A DNA stretch of 64,000 bases from a virus. Location: IMG/VR virus record IMGVR_UViG_3300032220_000699, positions 96,001 to 160,000 of that record, one strand, 5' to 3'. Numbering within the stretch: position 1 is the stretch's first letter; every line of letters begins with the position of its first letter. The translations under genes and the position numbers were made by a program. Of the stretch, positions 1 to 7,812 are shown one piece after another. The notes under the pieces are model-generated. The model made no database searches and was not told where the DNA came from. It saw only the letters and a program-made list of their open reading frames with translations.

Positions 1-49
1 TGATGAATGCGGCCAGAGCAATACAAACCATACCAAACATCTTCTTCAT
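1..49 (-). CDS. 5' part of a gene running off the window edge (MKKMFGMVCIALAAFI..., signal-peptide-like)
   Basis: ATG at 49-47 preceded by AAGGAG; hydrophobic N-terminus; truncated by the window. Confidence 0.5.
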   Translation of the reverse strand, partial: MKKMFGMVCIALAAFI

Positions 50-90
50 ACGAAACTCCTTTTTATTGAAAGTTGCTACTGGAAAAAACA

Positions 91-122
91 AAATAAAAAG
101 ACATGAACTATTTGTTCATGTC
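91..122 (-). terminator. intrinsic terminator downstream of the tmRNA coding piece
   Basis: 9-bp hairpin GACATGAAC/GTTCATGTC (100-122) followed by a T-run on the minus strand. Confidence 0.75.
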
Positions 123-387
123 TGTAAGGAAAGAGAAGGTCCACCTGCCTATTTGGGTAATAAGGACTCCGTCATGATCGGGAGAGCAGGTGGCTTGGAA
201 GACCGAAGTCAACCAATGACCCCATCGCTAGTCAACTTAGGCTAACCGCTGTTAGGCGGCGAGCTTCAGCTGAGGTGCGAACTGTGCATCATTTGCGGCA
301 GTTATTGAGTTTGCTAGATTTACGTCATTCGCCTGACGTGTCGTTCCTTATCCACTAGTTATGCGCTGTCGAAACCTGTACATCCCC
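123..387 (-). ncRNA. ssrA: tmRNA coding piece of a permuted two-piece gene; tag (A)ANDAQFAPQLKLAA*
   Basis: Starts GGGGATGTACAGGTTTCGAC at 387; resume context ATAACT GCC GCA AAT GAT; tag frame 299/296-252 ends LAA-TAA; 3' boundary approximate. Confidence 0.93.
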
Positions 388-504
388 ATCAGAGACAGTC
401 TGAACCAATCGGTCACAATTAACACGTTGACTGCGGTTTTATCCGGAGGCGCTTAACTGTAAATGCCGTTCGCCTTAAACAAGCAAACGCAACCAGACTG
501 TCTT
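388..504 (-). other. intervening segment of the permuted tmRNA precursor
   Basis: Lies between the CCA end (505) and the GGGG start (387); closed by a perfect 10-bp stem 393-402/494-503. Confidence 0.8.
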
Positions 505-580
505 TGGTGGAGATGGGGGGAATCGAACCCCCGTCCAACACACTTTCATTTCTAAAGTCTCAGAGAGTTACCTCTCCATA
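505..580 (-). ncRNA. ssrA: tmRNA acceptor piece (T-arm plus CCA)
   Basis: GACGGGGGTTCGATTCCCCCCATCTCCACCA; CATCTCC pairs with GGGGATG including G3:U70; TGTGTTG pairs with CAGCGCA; 5' boundary approximate. Confidence 0.9.
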
Positions 581-599
581 CGACAATATTCCTTCGCCA

Positions 600-1120
600 T
601 TGATGAGCATGGGCCGAAGATTGAAGCTAGTTAGTCCTCGGGCATTCTATCCCGAATTAGATGCTCTCACATCCCACTTGTTTTAAAGTTCCTGGTGAGA
701 GACCAGATCCTCTTTGTCAAGCGTTTACGTCAATGTCCGTAGAACTAAAAAGCAAACTTGCCTGGTTACACATCCAGGTTGCTGGGATTAAGCAATGCGA
801 ACGGATCTACATTTCAATAGTCCGGTTGTTAATCGAATTACACTTATAGATGAGCGACATCTATAAGACACTTGTGAAAGGTCCCACTTTCATCAAGAAC
901 TGAGCATGTAAGAGCTAAAGATATGGCAGTGGAGAGATCATGTTTAGACGTGACCATGACCCCTAAACCCCACTATTCTGTCTCGATGTAGCAGACCGCG
1001 ATATCCACATCATCGTCGAGCCATATCCTTAGCAAACTAGTCGGGATTCGTCCTAGCCTTAGACGATATCTCTCCGAGATAGTGAGGAAGTTGAACCTCA
1101 CATAAATCCCTTACTCGTAG
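600..1120 (-). ncRNA. candidate large structured ncRNA, family unassigned
   Basis: About 520 nt with no credible ORF, many hairpins and two crossing long-range helices. Confidence 0.6.
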
Positions 1121-1123
1121 TGC

Positions 1124-1456
1124 CTAAGCACAATTCTTTTGTTCAGCTCGCCGCGCATTCAAGCGATCAGCCGTAGTGGTTGACTTGCGAGAATTAAGAC
1201 GGTTAGCCAAAGCGATCGGGTGAATACGATAAACACCCTTAGCGATGCGGCGAGTATATTTACGCCATGTCGGAGAATGTTCGCTGGTATCCATCTCAGC
1301 GTTACTGAGAAGAACACCGGTATAAGACTTCTTGATCTTCTCAAAAAAGTCCATAACTTCCTGACGAGTTACGATCAAACCTTTACCGATTTGACCATCA
1401 AGCATAGCATCCAGAAGCGAGTCATGAATGCTGCTAGTGACGTATGTTGCCATCAC
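1124..1456 (-). CDS. hypothetical protein
   Basis: 110-aa ORF with AAGGAG RBS. Confidence 0.7.
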   Translation of the reverse strand: MMATYVTSSIHDSLLDAMLDGQIGKGLIVTRQEVMDFFEKIKKSYTGVLLSNAEMDTSEHSPTWRKYTRRIAKGVYRIHPIALANRLNSRKSTTTADRLNARRAEQKNCA

Positions 1457-1511
1457 AGTCTCCTTAAAAGAGAGGGTTAAGATTTACTGCGGTTTATACG
1501 TGAAGAGTTAA

Positions 1512-1597
1512 TGGTGCCGGGAACGGGAATCGAACCCGTACACTCAATGAGCGAGAGATTTTAAGTCTCTTGTGTCTACCAATTTCACCACCCCGGC
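1512..1597 (-). tRNA. tRNA-Leu(TAA)
   Basis: Cloverleaf with AGAGA-CTTAAAA-TCTCT anticodon arm, long variable arm, encoded CCA. Confidence 0.95.
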
Positions 1598-1624
1598 AAC
1601 TTTAAAACTCTTTAGTACAAATAA

Positions 1625-1633
1625 TATATATGT
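1625..1633 (-). promoter_or_regulatory. recurring ACATATATA upstream motif (first of about 15 copies)
   Basis: Plus-strand TATATATG at 1625, 2652, 5655, 7751, 10208, 15448, 17019, 19464, 25210, 27443, 37427, 37747, 56201, each intergenic and upstream of a minus-strand gene or RNA. Confidence 0.7.
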
Positions 1634-1646
1634 TATTAAAAAAGTA

Positions 1647-2069
1647 TCAGCTGCAGATCTCTTCGTCAGCATCTGAAGCTAGTGATTTATAACCTTTGTA
1701 AGTAGGATGAATTTTATCCTTACTTAAATCAGACTTTCTAGGACTAATAGTAGTGTCTCTATATATACCAGCAACTTGCCTTACAAATTCATATTGTTCT
1801 GGTTTAATATCTTTATTGGGTAATATCCAAGTAACACATTTACTTCTAATTCCCATCCTTAACTTCAGAAGAGAGTTAAAAGTTGGTGTGACCTTTGTAT
1901 CATTTGTTCCCAAACTAATAATAGTATGTTTATTATATATGTTAACTGGTCCATATCTATTAACATAATTTTCCGAATTGATTCCAGATTGAACGTATGC
2001 TTGACATTCTTTTCTGACTTGTGAAATTCCTACACCAATGGAATCTCCAAGTATCAGGCATTCTAACAC
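1647..2069 (-). CDS. SGNH/GDSL-family hydrolase
   Basis: Block I GDSIG, block III SLGTND, block V DKIHPTYKGY. Confidence 0.8.
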   Translation of the reverse strand: MLECLILGDSIGVGISQVRKECQAYVQSGINSENYVNRYGPVNIYNKHTIISLGTNDTKVTPTFNSLLKLRMGIRSKCVTWILPNKDIKPEQYEFVRQVAGIYRDTTISPRKSDLSKDKIHPTYKGYKSLASDADEEICS

Positions 2070-2090
2070 TGTTAACTCCTTGAGAAATGA

Positions 2091-2166
2091 TGGCCTCCCG
2101 TAGACGGTTCGAACGTCTGACCTGAATCTTAGAAGGATTCTGCTCTTCCAACTGAGCTAACGGGAG
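2091..2166 (-). tRNA. tRNA-Arg(TCT)
   Basis: CTCCCGT/ACGGGAG acceptor stem, GAATC-CTTCTAA-GATTC anticodon arm, TTCGAAC T-loop, CCA. Confidence 0.93.
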
Positions 2167-2621
2167 TTATTTTGAAACGGACTATTCTTACTAATTGTAT
2201 TATGAAATCTAGCAGAACAACTTCTAGAACAAAAAAGATGTTGAACACCCTTTCTAATTCTATTATTTATTTCACCTTGAGTTATATAAAATAAATTTCT
2301 ACAATTATCACATGGAACTATTGTCCATTGTACAACCATAGCGGAATACCACCATTGTTGTTTTAATAAATTCTGCTCTTGCGATAGCAATTGTAGATTA
2401 TTAATATCATCATTAGTTTTATCATCGTCCTTATGATCTACTTCAAAGTCATCAGGAACTTCATATCCAAGTTTAATACCCATAAGGTATCTAGCATAAG
2501 AAATAGTTGTTCTATCTGAATTTGAATTAAACAGATCAACTATTCTTCTATTTTCATTTGATATTCTTAAGTAACCTTTTTTCCATTTACTTCTAAAAGG
2601 TTCTTGTAATTCTATTAACAT
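2157..2621 (-). CDS. HNH homing endonuclease with C-terminal Cys cluster
   Basis: VDHKDDDKTNDDINNLQLLS motif; CDNC...FCSRSC; stop codon lies inside tRNA-Arg. Confidence 0.88.
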   Translation of the reverse strand: MLIELQEPFRSKWKKGYLRISNENRRIVDLFNSNSDRTTISYARYLMGIKLGYEVPDDFEVDHKDDDKTNDDINNLQLLSQEQNLLKQQWWYSAMVVQWTIVPCDNCRNLFYITQGEINNRIRKGVQHLFCSRSCSARFHNTISKNSPFQNNSR

Positions 2622-2676
2622 GCTAATGCTCCAAAAGCTATTGACATGTATTATATATGTTATTGAATAAATCCCA

Positions 2677-2698
2677 TATCCAACTGAGCTATAGGCAC
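2677..2698 (-). pseudogene. 5' tRNA fragment (Arg-like acceptor strand plus D-loop)
   Basis: GTGCCTA TA GCTCAGTTGGATA, then non-tRNA sequence and the ACATATATA motif. Confidence 0.7.
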
Positions 2699-2737
2699 AC
2701 TTACTCTTTACAAACTATGTTGTTATCTAGTATTTTT

Positions 2738-2944
2738 TTAAAACCTTGGTGGCGGTGAAGGATACATAAACATAACAGAAAGATCCATCATAAATTCTCC
2801 AGGCGCGGGATTATCTACAATCTCAAATCCTGGATCTTTTTTCATTCCCTCAAAAAGTTTTTGAAGTTCAGGGTTACCACAGTTTAAAGAAGCTGATTCC
2901 AGATCACCCATATGTCCACGTGACACTCTGATTTTACCAGTCAT
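2738..2944 (-). CDS. hypothetical protein
   Basis: 68-aa ORF with GGAG RBS. Confidence 0.6.
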   Translation of the reverse strand: MTGKIRVSRGHMGDLESASLNCGNPELQKLFEGMKKDPGFEIVDNPAPGEFMMDLSVMFMYPSPPPRF

Positions 2945-2957
2945 TTATTTTCTCCAG

Positions 2958-3467
2958 TTACTTATTGTGAGAAGTTTTATAGATCATATATTCTAGTTCA
3001 CCTCGGCCTATACGTAAATTATTTTTTGCTAATATTGGTACGTCTTTTCCTTCACCACCAATTTCTTCAAATGTGAAAGATTTAAATTCTTTTATTATTT
3101 CTATCTTTCCTTTTGTCAATGCCACTAAATCAATATAACCGATTCTAACCATTTCAATAGGTCTGATAAACCAATGCTCGTGATTTTTTCTAAAATCAGA
3201 CACAGCAGGTGGTAAGTAAGGTCTATCAGAAGTCATATAAATAGCCGGAGGATTCCAACCATTTTCTTCATTTCTGCATTCGATAATAATATCCATACTG
3301 TAAAGTTGTTTATTGCTAGAAATAGATCTTAAGCAATAAAGTAATTCTGGTGCAACACAAACTCTAGGTATATTACCTTCCTTATTTATGATAGCTGATT
3401 CAGGAAGTTTTGGTCTGAATTTAAAAACAGGACCGTGATCCTTTTTTGAAACATGGTAAAACAACAT
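2958..3467 (-). CDS. hypothetical protein
   Basis: 169-aa ORF with AGGAG RBS. Confidence 0.7.
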   Translation of the reverse strand: MLFYHVSKKDHGPVFKFRPKLPESAIINKEGNIPRVCVAPELLYCLRSISSNKQLYSMDIIIECRNEENGWNPPAIYMTSDRPYLPPAVSDFRKNHEHWFIRPIEMVRIGYIDLVALTKGKIEIIKEFKSFTFEEIGGEGKDVPILAKNNLRIGRGELEYMIYKTSHNK

Positions 3468-3517
3468 TTATTTCTCCTAGTAAAAAAAGAAGAGAGGGAT
3501 TTCTCCCTCTCTTCTTC

Positions 3518-3703
3518 CTAGTCGTTTAAAGACTCTTCAATGAACTTCCTGAAGAAAACCTTCTCACTACCGCGTTTCTTTTTCCGCATGAACTTAACGC
3601 GCTTAGGTCCTTTAGGAGCAGGAGTGCAACAAGCACACTTCCAACCACCAGGTCCCAGCTCTTCGCTCTGAATCATACGAATAAAACGTTTTTCACTAAT
3701 CAT
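3518..3703 (-). CDS. small basic protein with CxCC
   Basis: 61 aa; GGAG RBS; terminator 3483-3516 follows. Confidence 0.6.
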   Translation of the reverse strand: MISEKRFIRMIQSEELGPGGWKCACCTPAPKGPKRVKFMRKKKRGSEKVFFRKFIEESLND

Positions 3704-3772
3704 GATATTGCTCCTGTTAAGATCAATGGTTCATGATAGCCTCCATTTGGTTATTAAACTACAGGAAAAAGT

Positions 3773-3985
3773 TTACATATTAATCAGATTCCGAAAGGCG
3801 TCGCAAGCCTCCTTCGCTTCCTTCAAACTGCACTCATTATTCTGCTTACGATAAGCACGAATACCAAGCACATGAAGATCACGGCTGACCAGATGCCTCC
3901 AGTCATATTCCAAAATCTCCTTATCAAGAAGATCAAGAGTTTTGTTAACGTGTTTGCGAACTTCCAGAATTTCAGTCAAAGTCAT
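3773..3985 (-). CDS. protein with a bL12 C-terminal-domain-like motif
   Basis: IRAYRKQNNECSLKEAKEAC resembles bL12 [18 protein letters not shown]. Confidence 0.5.
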   Translation of the reverse strand: MTLTEILEVRKHVNKTLDLLDKEILEYDWRHLVSRDLHVLGIRAYRKQNNECSLKEAKEACDAFRNLINM

Positions 3986-4044
3986 GATTGTTCCTAAGAA
4001 CTATGGCAACATTACCATAGATTATTCATGACAATCTCCTTATG

Positions 4045-4281
4045 TTAGTTAATGGTTCTAGGCGTTCCTATTTTGTCAAGAACACTACAAGCAGCCTCAA
4101 CACATTCTGTCGGAGACTTATTATTTTTATGTGCATCAAGAAGAGCATGTTTAGCCTCTTCTATACGAGCACACATTTCTCTAATAAAGGCAGCCTTTTC
4201 AGCCTGAGACATGCCTTGTAATTTTTGTTTAACCTTTTCTAACTCTGCGTCAAGATCAGGTATAGGTGGAAATTCAATCAT
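4045..4281 (-). CDS. hypothetical protein
   Basis: 78-aa helical ORF in the operon. Confidence 0.6.
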   Translation of the reverse strand: MIEFPPIPDLDAELEKVKQKLQGMSQAEKAAFIREMCARIEEAKHALLDAHKNNKSPTECVEAACSVLDKIGTPRTIN

Positions 4282-4283
4282 GC

Positions 4284-4598
4284 TTAATAAAGGTTTTCAG
4301 AGTACAGAGTACCACCATTAGCGGTATCCCCACCACAGCGATAAACAATTTGCCCAGCGGCCTCTGCAACTTTCCAAGCCTCTGTGCGAGACATGAAGAC
4401 ACCCCACTGATCGATAAACCCTTGATCATCGTAATCATGAAAGTCAAGATCAAGACACAGACGAACATGCATTCGCATGACATCATCCATATGACGAGGT
4501 CCTAAAACAATACGACCTGTTTTACTTGAACGACATGCTGCGCAGACAACACGACGTTGTTTTGTTAATTCATCTTTAGTACATCCATCTGCAAACAT
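4284..4598 (-). CDS. conserved phage hypothetical protein
   Basis: QGFIDQWGVFMSRTEAW...GQI...LYSENLY pattern recalled from phage proteins; start moved to ATG 4598. Confidence 0.65.
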   Translation of the reverse strand: MFADGCTKDELTKQRRVVCAACRSSKTGRIVLGPRHMDDVMRMHVRLCLDLDFHDYDDQGFIDQWGVFMSRTEAWKVAEAAGQIVYRCGGDTANGGTLYSENLY

Positions 4599-4599
4599 T

Positions 4600-5259
4600 T
4601 TATACCTCTGACAGTTTCTTCTGCCTGTAGAAATTATAAGCAGAATAGAATTCAACATAGAAATCTCTTAATTTCAATATATGACTATCATTAGGATTTT
4701 CTAATGCAAGTTCTTGATATTGTTTATACCGAGAACAAACATCTTCATAGGTAAGCTCACCAGCTTTGTGCTTGAGAGCATAAAGATACATCTCTGGATC
4801 TTTAAGTGAACGTTCTGATGCTTTTTCTTGAGCCATCGATATTCTGACAGTGTCAAGAATATTTAATAAAAGAGCAGGTTTGATTTTCTTGATAATGTCT
4901 TTGCAAACAATAAGACATTTTTTAGCTTCTTCAATTTCTTCTTCATCAAAACCCATTGCTTCAAACATACGGTTCTGAAGAATTTGTAATGGATAAGTAT
5001 TGTATGTAACATTGTTCTTGTTACAGTAAATAGAAATGATCTCAATATAAACCTTTAAAGAACTTACAAAGGACTGGTTATTACCAGCACCATCTTTAAA
5101 GATAAACATCCCTTCTCCATCTACTTCAACTTCCCCTGTTTCAAGTAGACGATCAAGTGCTTTCTCAAAAGGAAGAAAGGAGTTCATTTGTGTCACGAGA
5201 CTAGGATAACGAATATCTCTAGGCACGTATTTCTTTTTTGGTTTCTTATTGTTTGCCAT
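4600..5259 (-). CDS. hypothetical protein
   Basis: 219-aa ORF with basic N-terminus. Confidence 0.7.
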   Translation of the reverse strand: MANNKKPKKKYVPRDIRYPSLVTQMNSFLPFEKALDRLLETGEVEVDGEGMFIFKDGAGNNQSFVSSLKVYIEIISIYCNKNNVTYNTYPLQILQNRMFEAMGFDEEEIEEAKKCLIVCKDIIKKIKPALLLNILDTVRISMAQEKASERSLKDPEMYLYALKHKAGELTYEDVCSRYKQYQELALENPNDSHILKLRDFYVEFYSAYNFYRQKKLSEV

Positions 5260-5261
5260 GA

Positions 5262-5654
5262 TTATTGATTTTTAAAGTCAATAACAACAAAAACAGTTTG
5301 AATAATTTCAACATCATCAGCAGACTGAATAGCTGAACAAAATTCTGGTTTTGATTTCTTACCAGGAAACAATTTTGTTACTTCTCGTGTGACAACATGA
5401 AATGAATGAACAACATCTTTCACAATACCAGCTGTAACATGATTATGAAAAATAATATTATCTTTATGATCGGAATGAACATTCTTAAAAATAAGATCGA
5501 ATAGGTTCATTTTTAATTTTATTGTTTCACCGATCTGAGGTATCTGACCAACTTCAATTTCACAACCACGTCGAATTTCAGTTGAGTCAGTATTACTATC
5601 ACCGTATAAACATGGAATAATTTTCACTTTAATCTCCTTATTAATTACAATCAT
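5262..5654 (-). CDS. hypothetical protein
   Basis: 130-aa ORF abutting the next gene. Confidence 0.6.
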   Translation of the reverse strand: MIVINKEIKVKIIPCLYGDSNTDSTEIRRGCEIEVGQIPQIGETIKLKMNLFDLIFKNVHSDHKDNIIFHNHVTAGIVKDVVHSFHVVTREVTKLFPGKKSKPEFCSAIQSADDVEIIQTVFVVIDFKNQ

Positions 5655-5719
5655 TATATATGGTAATGTTTTTTATTCTAATGCAAAAAAAAGAAGGACC
5701 CAAAGGTCCTTCTTCTTAT

Positions 5720-6118
5720 TTATGCAGCTTTATCACACATAACGCCAGAGCGATTACCCTTAGCAGGAGATGCAAGCATCCGCATAAAGTCCAGAAGACG
5801 CCAGCAGTCATCTGGATTGGTAATATCGATCAGACGAATTTCATGTGACCGAGACACACGAACAGCCAAACGAATACCAACATACTCGTTATTCTTGGTA
5901 AAGGCACGCAGAGTGTATTTGGTGCCTTCGACATTCGTAAACTGATGAACATTGTGACCCTGTTCCCAGGTTTCAAAACCAAGAGTTTCAAGAGGTTTTT
6001 CAAGACGCTCAATGAACGGCTTGATTGCTTCCGCATGGTGATCAGCATTGCGTTTGGTACCAACAATACCAAGACCATTTGCACGAAGAGGGATGATGTT
6101 AGTTTGAGGTTTTTTCAT
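5720..6118 (-). CDS. hypothetical protein
   Basis: 132-aa ORF followed by terminator 5685-5718. Confidence 0.7.
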   Translation of the reverse strand: MKKPQTNIIPLRANGLGIVGTKRNADHHAEAIKPFIERLEKPLETLGFETWEQGHNVHQFTNVEGTKYTLRAFTKNNEYVGIRLAVRVSRSHEIRLIDITNPDDCWRLLDFMRMLASPAKGNRSGVMCDKAA

Positions 6119-6217
6119 TTTGTTGCCTTTCTGACGTTCAACGTCGAGTGGGTGCTACTATTAAAATGACCGCTAGGGTCGTTAACACTGGAGCATAAAC
6201 TCTCAGTGGTACTACAA

Positions 6218-7213
6218 CTACAATGTTGCTACTTCTGCTTTATAAGGACGTGAGTAGGTTTTGTTGAGATAGTCAATAAGTTCATCAACTGTTCCAATAT
6301 ACATCTTTTCAATATGATGCAACTTGATATAATCATCGACAGTTTTTAGAATGCCGTCAGGGAAAGCTTCACGAGGTGCAACTTCATGAGGCATGACAGA
6401 GCTTGAAGAAACAAGATCATTAGGAAGATATCCCACACCGATGCAGTAATCATCAGTGAAGAAGAAAACTTCATTGTTCCTGATGCAAGTGATTGTCTGA
6501 CCTTTATCGACTTTCTCTTGCATCTCTTCCTTAGTCAGAACACCCTTGATCTGCTTACCACTCTTAGCAAGCAGTTTTGACATGTGGGAATTGTTTAACA
6601 GTGTTTCCTTATCGAAAACAAAGTCAACCGAATAATCACGTTGATCGATATGATAGTTCATTGCTAAATGATCATTATAGTCTTCTTCCCAGTCCCTTGT
6701 CATTTCATCCAGTGCATCACCCATCTGGTCACATGAGTCATCATGTTCACAGATATAATTGATGTAGCTTACAGCTTTCAGACAAGCGTCCAGGATGTAA
6801 GCTTTGATCTGCCGCTCACTCAAGTATGTCCTGGGACCTTCCTGGTTATAATTGGTGTAGACCGACTCGTAACGATAATCGTTCTTGGGGTCAAGATGAA
6901 GCTGAATGCCACCGTAACGATGATTAAGCTTACGCTTACAGATGATACCAGATTCAACCTGCTTCCAAATTTCCTTGAAAGCGAATTCAGCAAAGCCAGG
7001 TTTACTGGCACCTTCCATCATGGCAGCAAAGCCACCTTTAGCCTTGCGTTGCTCATGATAATGCCGACGAATGTTTTCTTCATCAGGTTTATAACCCATG
7101 AGATAAACATACGCAGCACCTGCGATTGTACGACCAACTTCCGTGTCATTGATCTGCCAAACTTTCTTACCTACACGGAAATTATTCATCAGCCACGACA
7201 TTGTTCTTTGCAT
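6218..7213 (-). CDS. hypothetical protein
   Basis: 331-aa ORF; GGAG RBS. Confidence 0.75.
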   Translation of the reverse strand: MQRTMSWLMNNFRVGKKVWQINDTEVGRTIAGAAYVYLMGYKPDEENIRRHYHEQRKAKGGFAAMMEGASKPGFAEFAFKEIWKQVESGIICKRKLNHRYGGIQLHLDPKNDYRYESVYTNYNQEGPRTYLSERQIKAYILDACLKAVSYINYICEHDDSCDQMGDALDEMTRDWEEDYNDHLAMNYHIDQRDYSVDFVFDKETLLNNSHMSKLLAKSGKQIKGVLTKEEMQEKVDKGQTITCIRNNEVFFFTDDYCIGVGYLPNDLVSSSSVMPHEVAPREAFPDGILKTVDDYIKLHHIEKMYIGTVDELIDYLNKTYSRPYKAEVATL

Positions 7214-7215
7214 TT

Positions 7216-7746
7216 TTAAATCTCCTTATTGGGATTATCGATCCAATTAATCGCTTCTTCGACAGTGTGGAATCCATCTTTAGCTACCTGTTTGGTATCC
7301 GGTTTATGGAACACACAGACATGGTTTTGACAACCACCCATGGAAATACCTGCTGTTGAAACACTGACCAGATACTCTTTATAGTAGAACTGACAGAGAG
7401 CATCGATCGGAAGATATCCAGACTGTGCGTCACCGATGATATGGAAATCACGAATCTGAAGCATGTCCTTGTGTTCATAAGGTCCCGGCATCGGACAAGG
7501 ACGAAGGTATTTCCAACCTTTGGTATCGACATAAATACCAGTACCGACATTACCTGAATGACTCCAGCGTTGAACACCAGGGTTCCATTGAAGAACAACT
7601 ACTTCGTGCTCACGCCCATCAAAATCGATGTGTTGCACCCAGTGGTGACCACCAAGTCGAGAATGATGACCGGGAGGTTTCGGTTCAACCTGAATTTGTT
7701 CTTTAATCATTTCTATACTCCTTAAGGAATTGAAGATATCCATCAA
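7216..7746 (-). CDS. hypothetical protein
   Basis: 176-aa ORF downstream of the motif at 7751. Confidence 0.65.
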   Translation of the reverse strand: MMDIFNSLRSIEMIKEQIQVEPKPPGHHSRLGGHHWVQHIDFDGREHEVVVLQWNPGVQRWSHSGNVGTGIYVDTKGWKYLRPCPMPGPYEHKDMLQIRDFHIIGDAQSGYLPIDALCQFYYKEYLVSVSTAGISMGGCQNHVCVFHKPDTKQVAKDGFHTVEEAINWIDNPNKEI

Positions 7747-7812
7747 CTTTTATATATGCAATCAATTTAATTTCAAATGAAAAAAAAAAAGAAGAGGGAT
7801 TACTCCCTCTTC

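Noticed and set aside
504-849. Plus-strand ORFs 504-686 and 661-849, and 3-245
   Set aside because: Antisense to the tmRNA and structured RNA; no RBS or recognisable protein
600-1120. RNase P RNA, or a group I/II intron within the tmRNA
   Set aside because: GAGGAAAGUCC/P4 elements, group I S element and group II domain V were not found by eye; left unassigned
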